64,000 nucleotides of DNA from an uncultured delta proteobacterium. GTDB lineage: Bacteria; Desulfobacterota; Syntrophorhabdia; Syntrophorhabdales; WCHB1-27. The notes under the pieces were generated by a model that saw nothing but the letters and a program-made list of their open reading frames with translations, did no database searches and was not told where the DNA came from. The DNA lies in NCBI GenBank assembly GCA_963810935.1, contig CAWEPK010000008.1:608001-672000 (forward strand), written 5' to 3'. The position numbers were made by a program, and so were the translations under genes. Positions 21,275-31,820 of the stretch are shown here, one piece after another (the stretch's first letter is position 1; every line of letters starts with the position of its first letter).

Positions 21275-21464
21275 CACCAACCCGCAAGCAAGGCCAAAGC
21301 TTGTTTTCCTTCCGCAATCGCCGTATATTAAGCACTGCTCGTAATGACCCTGCCGATTCATCAGGGTCATTAAAGCGAGCGTATGCGAAGCGCCGGGCGG
21401 GGGACTCCACTATCTTTGCCGGTGGAGTGGGTGCCGGAACCCAATAACTGTTAATGGAGGAACC

Positions 21465-21926
21465 ATGGACGAAAACAATGGCGATGCGCCCCTCAAGTCG
21501 AGTCTCATCGGCGAGATAAGCAGGCCCGCCACGCAATCGGCCGTCCCGGAGATCGTGGAGTTCGTCACGACTATCGAGAAGCAGGAAGGCTTCAGCAATG
21601 AGAGAACGGAGGAGATCGCCAAAGCAATCAGGGAAGCCCTCAACGTAGTCATAACAAAGGCATACGGGGAAAAAGGGGGCGAGGTAAAGATCGCGTGCAA
21701 GCATGACGCGTGGGGAAAGCTCGTCATTATCATCATCGATAAAGGGGCCCCTGTCAACATCCTGCTTTCGGAGCCTGTATTCCCGGGTGAGGAGCCGCTC
21801 GGCGACCCGACCCTGCGCACATCCGCGCGGGTAATCAAGAAGATGATCGATAACGTCGAATACAAGAGAGTGGACAACGAGAACACGCTGAGCTTTTTTG
21901 TCTCGGGCGACCTGCGCTCACGCTAA
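21465..21926 (+). CDS. RsbW-like anti-sigma/HATPase-fold protein
   Basis: AIREALNVVITKAY, IIDKGAP, IKKMIDNVEY; GGAGG RBS. ATP-lid appears degenerate. Confidence 0.7.
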   Translation: MDENNGDAPLKSSLIGEISRPATQSAVPEIVEFVTTIEKQEGFSNERTEEIAKAIREALNVVITKAYGEKGGEVKIACKHDAWGKLVIIIIDKGAPVNILLSEPVFPGEEPLGDPTLRTSARVIKKMIDNVEYKRVDNENTLSFFVSGDLRSR

Positions 21927-21956
21927 AGAAGCGGACCTTCAAGTGCGGGGGGAGGG

Positions 21957-22754
21957 ATGAAGAGGTTTTACCTGGCAGTACAGTTCCTCACTGTCATCCC
22001 GGTGTCGGTCCGGGGGACAGTCACAGAATTAGACGTAGCCCGCTCTGCGGCCTTCTTTCCGGCAGCGGGGGCTATACAGGGCCTTATCGCCGCTGCCGCC
22101 GCCCTGATCCTCGCGCGCTTCTTTCCGCCTGCCGTAACAAGCGGACTCGTCTTGCTGGTGCTGGTCCTGGTAAACGGGGCCTTCCACCTCGACGCCCTGG
22201 CCGACACCTTCGACGCCCTGGCTGTCAAATCGACCGGCGACCCGGCGGCGGACCGGGCCAGGCGCCTATCCGTTATGAAGGACAGCGCGACCGGGGCGAT
22301 AGGGGTTACCGCCATCGTTCTGGCCGTTTTGCTGAAATACCTTCTTATAAGCGCTGTTTTCGACAGATGCACAACGGTCGATGCCGCCTGTCTTATCTTC
22401 CTTATGACCGTTTTTTCCAAGTGGGTTTTCGTGCCCGTCTTGTTTCACGGTAAATCCGCCAGGCCGGAAGGGCTGGGCAGGATTTTCACGGAAGGGCTGG
22501 ACGGTGGGTCATATGTGCTGTCATGGCTCCTGCTCGCGGCCCTCGTTCTCGCAGCCGCTATCTTCTGGCCCGCTTCTTCGCCGGGTGCGCGCCTGCGCTT
22601 CATCCCTCTGGCCTGCATCTGCGTGTACGCCTTCAGTATTCTTTGGGTCTTTTTCTGCGACAGGAAGTTCGGGGGCCTGACGGGGGATACTGCGGGCGCC
22701 TCGTCGGAAATCGCGGACCTGCTGTTTCTCACAGTCGCCCTGCTATGGTTCTAA
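21957..22754 (+). CDS. cobS: Adenosylcobinamide-GDP ribazoletransferase
   Basis: QFLTVIP, GAFHLDALADTFD, MKDSATG, GGLTGD. Confidence 0.93.
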   Translation: MKRFYLAVQFLTVIPVSVRGTVTELDVARSAAFFPAAGAIQGLIAAAAALILARFFPPAVTSGLVLLVLVLVNGAFHLDALADTFDALAVKSTGDPAADRARRLSVMKDSATGAIGVTAIVLAVLLKYLLISAVFDRCTTVDAACLIFLMTVFSKWVFVPVLFHGKSARPEGLGRIFTEGLDGGSYVLSWLLLAALVLAAAIFWPASSPGARLRFIPLACICVYAFSILWVFFCDRKFGGLTGDTAGASSEIADLLFLTVALLWF

Positions 22755-22773
22755 ACCGGGAGATGCCCTTACG

Positions 22774-23385
22774 ATGACGAAACTCTTTCTGATACGGCAC
22801 GGGAACACGATCGACGAGGAGACGAAGCCGGTCTACAAGGGCCGGATCGACATACCCCTGTCCGAGGCAGGCATCAGCCGGATGCATGGAGCGGCAGCGT
22901 TCCTCTCTGCTTTCAAGCTCGACAGGGTTTATACCTCCACTTTGTCCCGGAGCATAGAGAGCGGGCGGATCATCGCGAAAAAACAGGGACTCGATTTCGA
23001 GCCGTCACCCGCATTCGACGAGCTGGCCTTCGGCGTCTGGGAGGGTCTTAGCTTCAGCGAGATCAAGGAACGTTACCCCGAGGAGCTGCGGCTGTGGCTC
23101 GCCGACCCCGGGAATAATCCCCCGCCCCAGGGGGAGCGGTTCCAGGCCGCCCGCGCAAGAAGCATAGGGCGGCTCAAAAAGATCATAGCAGAGCACAAGG
23201 GCGAAAACATCGGGATCGTCGCCCACGGCGGGGTCCTTCGGATCATGATCTTTTCGCTGCTCGATATGCGGCTGCGCAGGCTCTTCAGGCTGGCACAGGG
23301 CTATGGGGCCATCAATATAATCAACGTCTTTCACGATGGGTACATCGCAGCCGACCTGCTGAACTTCACGTACTATCCTGTTTGA
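22774..23385 (+). CDS. cobC: Histidine phosphatase family, probable alpha-ribazole phosphatase
   Basis: LIRHG, FGVWEG, VAHGG; directly downstream of cobS. Confidence 0.75.
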   Translation: MTKLFLIRHGNTIDEETKPVYKGRIDIPLSEAGISRMHGAAAFLSAFKLDRVYTSTLSRSIESGRIIAKKQGLDFEPSPAFDELAFGVWEGLSFSEIKERYPEELRLWLADPGNNPPPQGERFQAARARSIGRLKKIIAEHKGENIGIVAHGGVLRIMIFSLLDMRLRRLFRLAQGYGAINIINVFHDGYIAADLLNFTYYPV

Positions 23386-23427
23386 TATGTAGGCGGCGAT
23401 ACCTTTTCGCGGGCCTTGGGAACTCTC

Positions 23428-23685
23428 TCAGCGATAGACGTCCTTTCTGTGTCCGACCTTAACCACCCATACTATAAGCTCCCTGTCTTGAATCGAATAC
23501 ACGATCCTGTACAGGCCCTGTCGGACGCGATATCTGTCCTGGCCCGTTAGCTTTTCATGGCTAGCGGGTCTCGGGTCTCTGGCAAGCATCTCTATTCGCT
23601 GGAGAAGCCTGCGTAGGTCCTTCTTAGGTATTGTCTTGAAGTCTTTTTCGACGGATTCTTTGAAATAGACCTTATATTCGGCCAT
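23428..23685 (-). CDS. Type II toxin, RelE/ParE family
   Basis: YRVRQGLYRIVYSI, VVKVGHRKDVYR; 85 aa. Confidence 0.93.
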   Translation of the reverse strand: MAEYKVYFKESVEKDFKTIPKKDLRRLLQRIEMLARDPRPASHEKLTGQDRYRVRQGLYRIVYSIQDRELIVWVVKVGHRKDVYR

Positions 23686-23905
23686 CTTTCTTCAGTCGCT
23701 TTACCATTTCGTCATAACTGATCGATGGCTCCCTTACTCGTTCTTCGAATGCGGCGAAATCTTCAGCATCCTCCGCAAGTGCAATCCTCACCGCTTTGTT
23801 TACAAGCTCCGAGACCGATTGAGAGGTATCGACCGCCTTTAGCCGAAGCGCCTTGTGCAAATCAGGCTCCAGGTAAATCGTAGCGCGTTTGGTTGCCGGT
23901 TTCAT
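23672..23905 (-). CDS. Antitoxin, CopG/ribbon-helix-helix type
   Basis: KRATIYL..LHKALRLKA..SVSELVN; GGAGGT RBS; overlaps toxin start. Confidence 0.88.
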   Translation of the reverse strand: MKPATKRATIYLEPDLHKALRLKAVDTSQSVSELVNKAVRIALAEDAEDFAAFEERVREPSISYDEMVKRLKKDGRI

Positions 23906-23926
23906 AATGCACCTCCGTGACAAGTA

Positions 23927-23955
23927 ACTATAACACTAAGACGTTATGACGTCAA
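23927..23955 (-). promoter_or_regulatory. TA promoter with overlapping imperfect palindrome
   Basis: TTGACG-N17-TATAGT on minus strand; GACGTTATGACGTC at 23940-23953. Confidence 0.55.
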
Positions 23956-24046
23956 GTAGACACCGTCCCCGGCCACAGAGATGCTCGCTTCGCTGTGGTT
24001 TTATGGTAAGCTAAGGCACCAAACGTCGTGGTTAAGGATGTAAGTA

Positions 24047-24922
24047 ATGGTTTTTAAAACAAGAAACAAAACGGGGCGGGCTGTCAGGGTCGTTGCGGAG
24101 GGCAATAACAGCCGAGATAACGGCACGCCGCACTGGGCCGTGGGCCAAGGGGACGAGTCGTTCCGCATCGTTACCTACAACGTTCATAAATGCCGGGGAC
24201 TCGACGGCCGTGTCCGGCCGCAGCGCATCGCGGAGGTGCTGAGTGAGGTGGACGCGGACATCATCGCCCTCCAGGAAGTCGTAAACATCGCGAATGGCAA
24301 AAAGGAAGACCACCAGGCCGAGTTCATCGCGGGCGAGATGAAGATGCAATACTGCTTCGGGGAAAACCGGCGGTTCCGCGGCGGCGGATACGGCAACCTG
24401 CTGCTCTCCCGCCTGCCTCTCATATCCAGGCGCAATTTCGATCTGAGCCATCCGGGGCGCGAGGAGCGGGGCTGCCTGCGCACGGACGTCGTCCTCGACG
24501 GCTCCCTCCTACACGTCTATAACGTGCACCTCGGAACGTCGTACATGGAGCGCCGCCGCCAGGGGAAACAACTTGTCGAATCGGAGATACTGGCCGGCAC
24601 GGACGTCGAGGGTCCGCGCATTCTGCTTGGCGATTTCAACGAATGGCTGCGGGGCATCACTACGCGGCTTTTGACCGAGCAGTTTGCCTGCGTAGACATC
24701 AAGGCCGACCTGGGCCTTCGCGCCACCTACCCCGGCCCGCTGCCCCTGGTCCACCTCGATAATATCTATTTCGACGATACGCTGCGGCTGGAGGGGGCGA
24801 GGCTGCACAGGAGCCGCAAGGCCCTCATCGCCTCGGACCACCTGCCGCTCATTGCAGATTTCCGCATCGCACGGGCCGAAAGCCGCGCGAAAGACGACTC
24901 AGCCGCAAACAGAGCAGGATAA
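24047..24922 (+). CDS. Endonuclease/exonuclease/phosphatase family protein
   Basis: TYNVH, ALQEV, GDFNEW, ASDHLPL. Confidence 0.9.
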   Translation: MVFKTRNKTGRAVRVVAEGNNSRDNGTPHWAVGQGDESFRIVTYNVHKCRGLDGRVRPQRIAEVLSEVDADIIALQEVVNIANGKKEDHQAEFIAGEMKMQYCFGENRRFRGGGYGNLLLSRLPLISRRNFDLSHPGREERGCLRTDVVLDGSLLHVYNVHLGTSYMERRRQGKQLVESEILAGTDVEGPRILLGDFNEWLRGITTRLLTEQFACVDIKADLGLRATYPGPLPLVHLDNIYFDDTLRLEGARLHRSRKALIASDHLPLIADFRIARAESRAKDDSAANRAG

Positions 24923-25032
24923 AGCAAGCGCATGCGCAACGCTTAAGCAGGGAGGCCGGGACACCCGCCCGACGTAAGGAGGGAAGGGTCGAGCTTTGCC
25001 CGGCGAGGTGGTGCTGAACCCCAATGATTTGC

Positions 25033-26223
25033 TCAATCGAGTGAGTTTACCGCTTTCCTGATCCTTTCCAGGCCCTTCTTTATGACTTCCATCGACGTGG
25101 CGAAGGAGAGGCGCGCATGCCCTTCCTTGCCGAACTCGTCGCCCGGCACCACCGCAACGTGAAAGTCTTCGAGGAGTATCTCAGTCCACTGGGCTATGCT
25201 CGCCAGTTTCCTTCCTTTGTACGCCTTGCCAACAAGCCCCTTGAAAGACGGGAATACGTAGAAGGCGCCTTTCGGATTGAAGCAGGTGACCCCATCCATC
25301 TCATTCAGGCCTGAGACGAAGGTATCCCTTCTCCTGGCAAATTCCGCGACCATAGGGCCTATCGAATCCTGCGGCCCGGTAAGCGCGGCCAGCGCCGCCT
25401 TCTGCGAGATCGAGGCGGGGTTGGACGTGCTCTGGCTCTGGATGTTGGCCATTGCCTTGATGACCTCCTGGTCGCCTGCGGCAAAACCGATACGCCAGCC
25501 TGTCATGGCGTATGTCTTGGAAACGCCGTGGACGATGATCGTCTTCTCCTTGATCGGCCGGCCTAACGAGGCGATGCTCGTCTGCTTGTAGCCGTCGTAC
25601 ACGAGCTTATCGTATATCTCGTCCGAGACGATGTACAGGTCGCGCTCGACCGCCAGCTTGCCTATAGCCTCAAGCTCTTTCGGGTAGTAAACCGCACCGG
25701 ACGGGTTTGACGGGTAATTGAGGACGATGCCTTTTGTCCTGTCCGTAAGGCATGCCTTCACCATCTCGGCAGTGATTTGATAGCCTTCTTCCTCGTGCGT
25801 CTCGACGTAGACGGGCTTCGCCCCGGCCAGCTCGATCATGGCGGGGTAGGAGACCCAGTAAGGCGTCGGCACGATCACCTCGTCCCCTGTCTGGAAAACG
25901 GCTTGAAACAGGTTATAGAGGGCGTGCTTGCCGCCGCACGTGACGATGATCTCATCCCGCTTGTACTCGATGTCCTTGTCCTGCTTGAACTTGGCTATAA
26001 CCGCGTCCTTCAGCTCGTCTATGCCGGATGCGGCGGTGTACTTGGTGAAGCCGTCCATGATGGCGTCTATGGCGGCTTTTTTGATATGGTTCGGCGTGTC
26101 GAAATCGGGCTCGCCGGCGGCAAAGCCTACGATATCGAGACCTTGCGCCCGTAACGCCTTCTCTTTTGCGGCAAGGGCCAGCGTTGCAGACGGTTTTAAA
26201 GACTTCGCTCTATCAGAAATCAT
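25033..26223 (-). CDS. Class I PLP aminotransferase (aspartate aminotransferase-like)
   Basis: GEPDF, PSNPSG, SDEIY, SKTYAMTGWRIG. Confidence 0.93.
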   Translation of the reverse strand: MISDRAKSLKPSATLALAAKEKALRAQGLDIVGFAAGEPDFDTPNHIKKAAIDAIMDGFTKYTAASGIDELKDAVIAKFKQDKDIEYKRDEIIVTCGGKHALYNLFQAVFQTGDEVIVPTPYWVSYPAMIELAGAKPVYVETHEEEGYQITAEMVKACLTDRTKGIVLNYPSNPSGAVYYPKELEAIGKLAVERDLYIVSDEIYDKLVYDGYKQTSIASLGRPIKEKTIIVHGVSKTYAMTGWRIGFAAGDQEVIKAMANIQSQSTSNPASISQKAALAALTGPQDSIGPMVAEFARRRDTFVSGLNEMDGVTCFNPKGAFYVFPSFKGLVGKAYKGRKLASIAQWTEILLEDFHVAVVPGDEFGKEGHARLSFATSMEVIKKGLERIRKAVNSLD

Positions 26224-26339
26224 CGCAGCTCCTCAATCTTTAGGGGGAATGAAGCTATGTCGCCATTAATTTATAGGGAGAGCGGCCCGCTGTCAACCCT
26301 TTCCGTGGGCAAATGGATGGCAAACGGCCGGCGGAAAAG

Positions 26340-27710
26340 CTATGCGAGGTGCTCTGCCGTCACCTCGAGCACCCTTTTAGTGCCCGCCGTCACCTTATAG
26401 GCTTCGCTTATGCGCTCGCCGACCACCCAGATGATATCTGCGCCCGAAAAAAGGAGCGGGATGCGCTTGCGCGCGTCCATGGGCATCTTGCGGGATATGA
26501 AATAATCCTTCACCTTTACCGGGCGGTCCATCCCGAGCGGCATAAACCGGTCGCCGTTGCGGAATGTCCGCAGCGAGAGGCTGCCTATCGCCTCCGCGTC
26601 CAAAAGGGCCCGGTCCGTGTTTTGCGGCAGGGCTTCGGGCCTTCCGTCCGAGAAAGAGACGCGCAAGCTTAGGCCGAGCGCCGGTATATCGTTCACGCCT
26701 TCCGCAATTTCGAAGACATCGTCCACCGGCGGCACAGGCGCTTTCTTCGTAAAAATGATGTCGCCGTAAATCCTCCTCACGCGCACGCCCCTTGGCAGCA
26801 ACACGCTGTTGTTCGGCCTCGCCGAGAAGAGCGATTTCTCTATCAGCGCGGCATGTTCGCGCAGGGGCTTAAAACCCGGTTCCACGCTCGCCAGCAGGGT
26901 CGAGACGACCCTGAACCTGACCTCTTCGTGGGCTCCCAGGAGGTCCGCCGCCTCTATCCGCGGCTCTTCACCGAGGCGCGCGCTGGATAGGAGCGCTTTC
27001 GCCTCGCTGTCGAAGAGTCTGTTGGCTGAGGCAATATCATCGAGAAGGAGAAGCACCTTCTCCTGAAACCTGGGGTTGAGCGTCTCCAGGAGGGGGACAA
27101 TCCGGTTCCGCACGAAGTTCCGCTCGTATGCGTCCTTCCGGTTCGATGGGTCTTCCCTGTAGGGGATGGAGTACTCGTGGCAGTAGGCCGCGATCTCGCG
27201 GCGGGAGGTGTAAAGTAGCGGCCTTACGATCCGCCCCCGCCTGATCGGGATCGAAGCGAGGCCGGAAAGGCCCGTGCCTTTCGCTATCCGCAGCAGGAAC
27301 GTCTCCACCTGGTCGTCGCTGTTGTGGCCGACCGCGATCTTGTTACAGCCGTTCGCCCCGGCCGTCTCATCGAAGTACCCGTACCGCAGGTCCCTGCCCG
27401 CGTGCTGCAGAGAGAGGCCCTTGCTCCGGGCATGCCCCCTCACGTCTAGGCGGGCGGTGTGGCACGGCAGACCCATGCGCGCCGCGAGGTCTTTCACGAA
27501 CGCCTCGTCGGCTGCCGATTCCTCGCCGCGCAATTGATGGTTCACATGGGCAACGGCGAGCCCGAAGCCCATATCGGCTGCCAGACGCTTGAGCAGGAAG
27601 AGAAGGGCCGAGGAATCGACGCCCCCGGAGACCCCGACGAGCACCACGTCGCCGCCATCGATCAGACCTTCCTGCTCGATGACGCGCCTTACGGCCCTTT
27701 CGAGGTCCAT
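26340..27710 (-). CDS. tilS: tRNA(Ile)-lysidine synthase
   Basis: SGGVDS, HVNHQLRG, GHNSDDQVET, VRPLL; start MDLERA at 27710. Confidence 0.95.
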   Translation of the reverse strand: MDLERAVRRVIEQEGLIDGGDVVLVGVSGGVDSSALLFLLKRLAADMGFGLAVAHVNHQLRGEESAADEAFVKDLAARMGLPCHTARLDVRGHARSKGLSLQHAGRDLRYGYFDETAGANGCNKIAVGHNSDDQVETFLLRIAKGTGLSGLASIPIRRGRIVRPLLYTSRREIAAYCHEYSIPYREDPSNRKDAYERNFVRNRIVPLLETLNPRFQEKVLLLLDDIASANRLFDSEAKALLSSARLGEEPRIEAADLLGAHEEVRFRVVSTLLASVEPGFKPLREHAALIEKSLFSARPNNSVLLPRGVRVRRIYGDIIFTKKAPVPPVDDVFEIAEGVNDIPALGLSLRVSFSDGRPEALPQNTDRALLDAEAIGSLSLRTFRNGDRFMPLGMDRPVKVKDYFISRKMPMDARKRIPLLFSGADIIWVVGERISEAYKVTAGTKRVLEVTAEHLA

Positions 27711-27717
27711 GGATTCT

Positions 27718-27939
27718 CTACGAACAGGAAGAGCAGTCAGACGACGAGCAGCCGGAGCAGCCTGACCCTCCGCTCGACGACGATTTGAAGGCATGGCCGA
27801 CGGAGAAGCCGAATGAAGACATCTTTTTCGTGGGCTGTTTGTTACCGCATTTGGGGCATTCCACAGGCTCATCGGTCCTGAAGACGATGCATTCAAAATC
27901 GTCCCCGCAGTTCTGGCAGGTATATTCGTAAATAGGCAC
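27718..27939 (-). CDS. FmdB family zinc-ribbon protein
   Basis: MPIYEYTCQNC...CPKC, Cys-rich tail; GTG start with GGAGG. Confidence 0.9.
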   Translation of the reverse strand: MPIYEYTCQNCGDDFECIVFRTDEPVECPKCGNKQPTKKMSSFGFSVGHAFKSSSSGGSGCSGCSSSDCSSCS

Positions 27940-27964
27940 TTGTTTCACCCTCCTTGCGCTTACC

Positions 27965-28849
27965 CTATACCGTTTTGTTTATCTCTTTCGCGAGATCCGG
28001 AAGCAGACCGCGCAGCGAGTTCGCATAAGCCTCCATCCCTTTCTCCTGGGGCATTGCGAGAGCTTCGTGCGCGAATATTCTCGCCATGGACGACCTGTTC
28101 CGCAGGTAGCAGTTATACGCAGAGGCGTACAGAAAAAGGAACTTCGCGTTCGCGTTCGAGCGGTCGATCTTGATGACCTTCTGCAAGAGGCCCCTCGCTA
28201 TCTGAAAATACTCGCTTTCCAGATAGCTTACGGCCGCCTTCAGGATGAGCGTCGCGCGGCCGTTCTCGTACATCTCGTCGAGCAGGTCCTTGTAACCGGT
28301 CTTTCCGTATATCGCGATCAGCGGCCTCTCGTTCTCCAGAATGAAACGCGGCAGCAGGTAATTGTCCTTGTAGAGCTTGATGAGGTCCCTTACCTGGACC
28401 ACCATGTCTTTCGCGAGCGTCCTTACCTCTTTAAGGCCTTCGTTAACCCTCTTCTTGGCCTTCATGATAAGGGCGTCGAACTCATGGATCACTTTTTTCT
28501 CTGCCGGGGTCAGCTCCGGGGAGCTGACGAGCATGCTGTAGCGCGGGTTATAGTATTCAAGCTGATATATGCATTCCCGGAGCTTCATCGCCTCGTGAAA
28601 GATGTAGCCTACGGTAATGTCGTAGAACTTCTCTTTGTAAGAGACCTCGGCGCCGTTCCGGAACAGGTCGTGGCACATCTGCTTCAGCCTGAAGAGGCTG
28701 CTCTTCCCCTTGTCGTCGACCAGCTCCTCGACGTCCGAGAAGGTCAGATCGCCCCTCCGGTGCAGCTCAAGGCAGTGGTTGCACGTCCTGTGAACGGAGA
28801 TAAACTCGTTAATTAGGTCTATCTGCTTCTTTTCTATATTCAGGTTCAT
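27965..28849 (-). CDS. Conserved hypothetical helical protein with TPR-like C-terminus
   Basis: Full ORF in operon between ftsH and the fmdB-like gene. Confidence 0.75.
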   Translation of the reverse strand: MNLNIEKKQIDLINEFISVHRTCNHCLELHRRGDLTFSDVEELVDDKGKSSLFRLKQMCHDLFRNGAEVSYKEKFYDITVGYIFHEAMKLRECIYQLEYYNPRYSMLVSSPELTPAEKKVIHEFDALIMKAKKRVNEGLKEVRTLAKDMVVQVRDLIKLYKDNYLLPRFILENERPLIAIYGKTGYKDLLDEMYENGRATLILKAAVSYLESEYFQIARGLLQKVIKIDRSNANAKFLFLYASAYNCYLRNRSSMARIFAHEALAMPQEKGMEAYANSLRGLLPDLAKEINKTV

Positions 28850-30752
28850 TTTCGGAGATTATCTCTCTCCCTTCGTTGTATTCGCGCACCAGCTTGCGTA
28901 GTTCTTCCCCCTCGATTACTTCTTTCTCGAGGAGGACGGAAGCTATCTTTTCTAGGAGCGGCTTCTTTTCGCCGAGCGTCTCCTTGACCTTCACATACAT
29001 GCCCTCGACTATGTCCTTGATCTCGTTGTCTATCTCCCTGGCCGTCTCTTCGCTGTAGTCCTTGAAATGTGAGTCGGGGCTGATGTCGAGGAACATCGAC
29101 TTACGCTCTTTTTCATAAGTGATGTGGCCGATCCGTTCGCTCATGCCGAATTCCTTGACCATCGACTTGGCGATATCGGTCGCCTTCGACAGGTCGTCAT
29201 GGCCGCCCGTAGATACTTGGCCGAAGATCAGCTCTTCGGCCACCCTGCCTCCGAGAAGGACGGCCAGGCGGTCGAGCAGCTCCTGTTTCGTCATAAGGTA
29301 ACGGTCCTCGGTAGGCCGCTGCATGGTGTAACCCAGGGCCGCGATGCCCCTCGGTATGATCGATATCTTGTGCACCGGGTCGGACGTCTCTATAAGCGAC
29401 GCCATGAGAGCATGGCCCGTCTCGTGGTAGGCCACTATCTCTTTTTCCCTCCTGTTCATCACCTTTTTCTTCTTTTCCAGTCCGGCCAAAAGCCGGTCAA
29501 TGGCCTCGTCGAACTCCGCGCTCGTTACGGACGGCTTACCCTTTCTGGCAGTAAGGAGCGCCGCCTCGTTCACTAGGTTCGCCAGGTCCGCGCCGACGAA
29601 GCCGGGGGTCCTGGCCGCCACGATGGACAGGTCGACGTCTTTCCCGATCTTCACCCCTTTGGCATGGACCTTGAGGATCGCTTCCCTACCGTTTATGTCC
29701 GGCCTGTCGACGAGCACGTGCCTGTCGAACCTGCCCGGCCTAAGCAGTGCCGGGTCGAGTATCTCCGGCCTGTTCGTCGCGGCCATGATGATGACGCCTT
29801 TCTTCGTATCGAAGCCGTCCATCTCGGCAAGGAGCTGGTTAAGCGTCTGCTCCCTCTCGTCATGGGACGCCAGTGGATTCAGGCCGCGGGCCTTGCCCAG
29901 TGCGTCGAGCTCGTCGATAAAGATGATGCAGGGCGCCTTTTCCTGCGCCTGGGCGAAAAGGTCCCTGACCCTCGCAGCGCCCACGCCGACGAACATCTCC
30001 ACAAAGTCCGACCCGCTCATGCTGAAGAACGGGACTTTAGCCTCGCCGGCTACGGCCTTCGCAAGCAGGGTCTTTCCCGTGCCCGGGGCGCCCACAAGTA
30101 AGATGCCTTTCGGTATCTTGCCCCCGATGTTAAGGAATTTCTGCGGCATTCGGAGGAAATCGATGATCTCCTTCAGCTCGTCCTTTGCCTCCTCGACGCC
30201 TGCCACGTCGTCGAAAGTAACGGTTATCTCGTTCTGGCCGAATATCTTGCTCCGGCTTTTCCCGAAGTTGAGCACGCCTGACGGAGCGCCGCCCATCCTC
30301 TTCATGAGGAGGTTCCATATCACAACGATCGCAATAAACGGCAGGACCCATGAGATCAGCCCTTTAAGGAGCTTGTTCTCGTACTGGCCGCTGTACTTGA
30401 CGTTATGGCTTTGAAGCTCCTTGACCAAGTCCGGGTCGTCCACCCTGGCGGTAGTGAACTTCGCCACTTTGCCGTCGTCCTGTCTGACGCTGCCCTGTAC
30501 GCCCTCGCTGCTTATCGTTACGTCGCTCACCTGCCCCTTCGCCAAGTCCTGCTTGAACTCGCTGTAAGGGATAGTCTTTATCTCGGAGTTCGACATGTAA
30601 TTGTTGATTACGATGATAGCCAGAAAAGCTACGACGAAGTAGAGAAAGGTAAAGTTTCTCGTCTTCTTGTCCTTGCTTGAGGTTTCTTTCGGCTTTAATT
30701 CAAGGAACGGGTTTCTACCGCTCTTCTTATTGGCGGTCTTCCTCTTCTGCAT
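28809..30752 (-). CDS. ftsH: ATP-dependent zinc metalloprotease FtsH
   Basis: 2 TMs, [22 protein letters not shown] zinc motif; start likely MQKRK at 30752. Confidence 0.96.
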   Translation of the reverse strand: MQKRKTANKKSGRNPFLELKPKETSSKDKKTRNFTFLYFVVAFLAIIVINNYMSNSEIKTIPYSEFKQDLAKGQVSDVTISSEGVQGSVRQDDGKVAKFTTARVDDPDLVKELQSHNVKYSGQYENKLLKGLISWVLPFIAIVVIWNLLMKRMGGAPSGVLNFGKSRSKIFGQNEITVTFDDVAGVEEAKDELKEIIDFLRMPQKFLNIGGKIPKGILLVGAPGTGKTLLAKAVAGEAKVPFFSMSGSDFVEMFVGVGAARVRDLFAQAQEKAPCIIFIDELDALGKARGLNPLASHDEREQTLNQLLAEMDGFDTKKGVIIMAATNRPEILDPALLRPGRFDRHVLVDRPDINGREAILKVHAKGVKIGKDVDLSIVAARTPGFVGADLANLVNEAALLTARKGKPSVTSAEFDEAIDRLLAGLEKKKKVMNRREKEIVAYHETGHALMASLIETSDPVHKISIIPRGIAALGYTMQRPTEDRYLMTKQELLDRLAVLLGGRVAEELIFGQVSTGGHDDLSKATDIAKSMVKEFGMSERIGHITYEKERKSMFLDISPDSHFKDYSEETAREIDNEIKDIVEGMYVKVKETLGEKKPLLEKIASVLLEKEVIEGEELRKLVREYNEGREIISENEPEYRKEADRPN

Positions 30753-30838
30753 ACTAGATTTTAACAGAAAATCTTGCTCTTTGCACGCCCCTTCCGGGGT
30801 GACTCCCACCTTGAATATTGTCATCGGGGACAGGTTTG

Positions 30839-31792
30839 TCAAATTGTGCATGGTGGCGCCGTCTGTGCTTCATATAGCACGCCGTACCGTGCTCCTCGCG
30901 TGCTCACCGTAAACCGGTCGCCGCCGTAAGCGGAGACGATCTGCTCCATGAGAATAATCCCCTGCAGCAGGAGGTCTTCCCTGCCGCGCTCCATGCCGGG
31001 TAGTCCCCTGCGGGTGGCAGTGCTCATCGGGGCAAGCCGGTCTATCCATCGGCGCAGCTCCGAAAGGGATATCTGCATGCCGTGTATCTTTTCCTTATCG
31101 AACTTGTGTTGGCCGAGAAGCATCGCCGCCAAGGTAGTGATCGTGCCTGCCATACCGACTATGTTCAAGTCCCCCTGCCCTGCCGGCACGCCTTTCGGCC
31201 GGTTGGCATCGACCTCGGCCCGGACGAAGCCGGACAAAGCCGCTATCTCGCCGCCCGCCGGCGGGTCGTGCTTTATGAAGCGCTCGGTCAGTTTCACCGT
31301 GCCGATGGGGAGCGAGACGTAGTCCAGAAGGCTCTCCCTGTCGCCTAGCGTTATCTCCGTGCTACCGCCGCCGATATCGACGATAAGGAGGCGACTGCCT
31401 TTTATAGCCGGGTCGTTCCTGACGGACAGGTACGTATAATAGGCCTCCTCCCGCCCGCTTATCACCCTTATGTCGAAACCCGCCCGCTGCCGGGCCATGT
31501 CGAGGAATTCGTCCCGGTTTGCCGCTTCCCGGAGCGCGCTCGTGCCAAAGCAGACGGCGCCCGGCACGCCGTAGCCATCCAGGACGCGGCGGTAGGCTTC
31601 GAGGACGGCGGCGGTGCGCTCCATAGCAATGGGGCCGAGTGCGCCGGTCGAGAGCAGGCCCTCTCCGAGCCGCGTGATCGTGGAGGTGTCGAGAAGCTCT
31701 TTGAAAGTCTCGTTCGATTCCATGACCAGCAGCAGGACCGCATTCGTCCCAATGTCGATCGACGCGCAGCGCCGTTTTGTGGAGATTGACAA
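30839..31792 (-). CDS. Ppx/GppA family phosphatase (short form)
   Basis: IDIGTN, TSALREA, ISGREEA, DIGGGSTE. Confidence 0.92.
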   Translation of the reverse strand: MSISTKRRCASIDIGTNAVLLLVMESNETFKELLDTSTITRLGEGLLSTGALGPIAMERTAAVLEAYRRVLDGYGVPGAVCFGTSALREAANRDEFLDMARQRAGFDIRVISGREEAYYTYLSVRNDPAIKGSRLLIVDIGGGSTEITLGDRESLLDYVSLPIGTVKLTERFIKHDPPAGGEIAALSGFVRAEVDANRPKGVPAGQGDLNIVGMAGTITTLAAMLLGQHKFDKEKIHGMQISLSELRRWIDRLAPMSTATRRGLPGMERGREDLLLQGIILMEQIVSAYGGDRFTVSTRGARYGVLYEAQTAPPCTI

Positions 31793-31820
31793 AATGTTAT
31801 AAAAAGTAAATAATTACACA

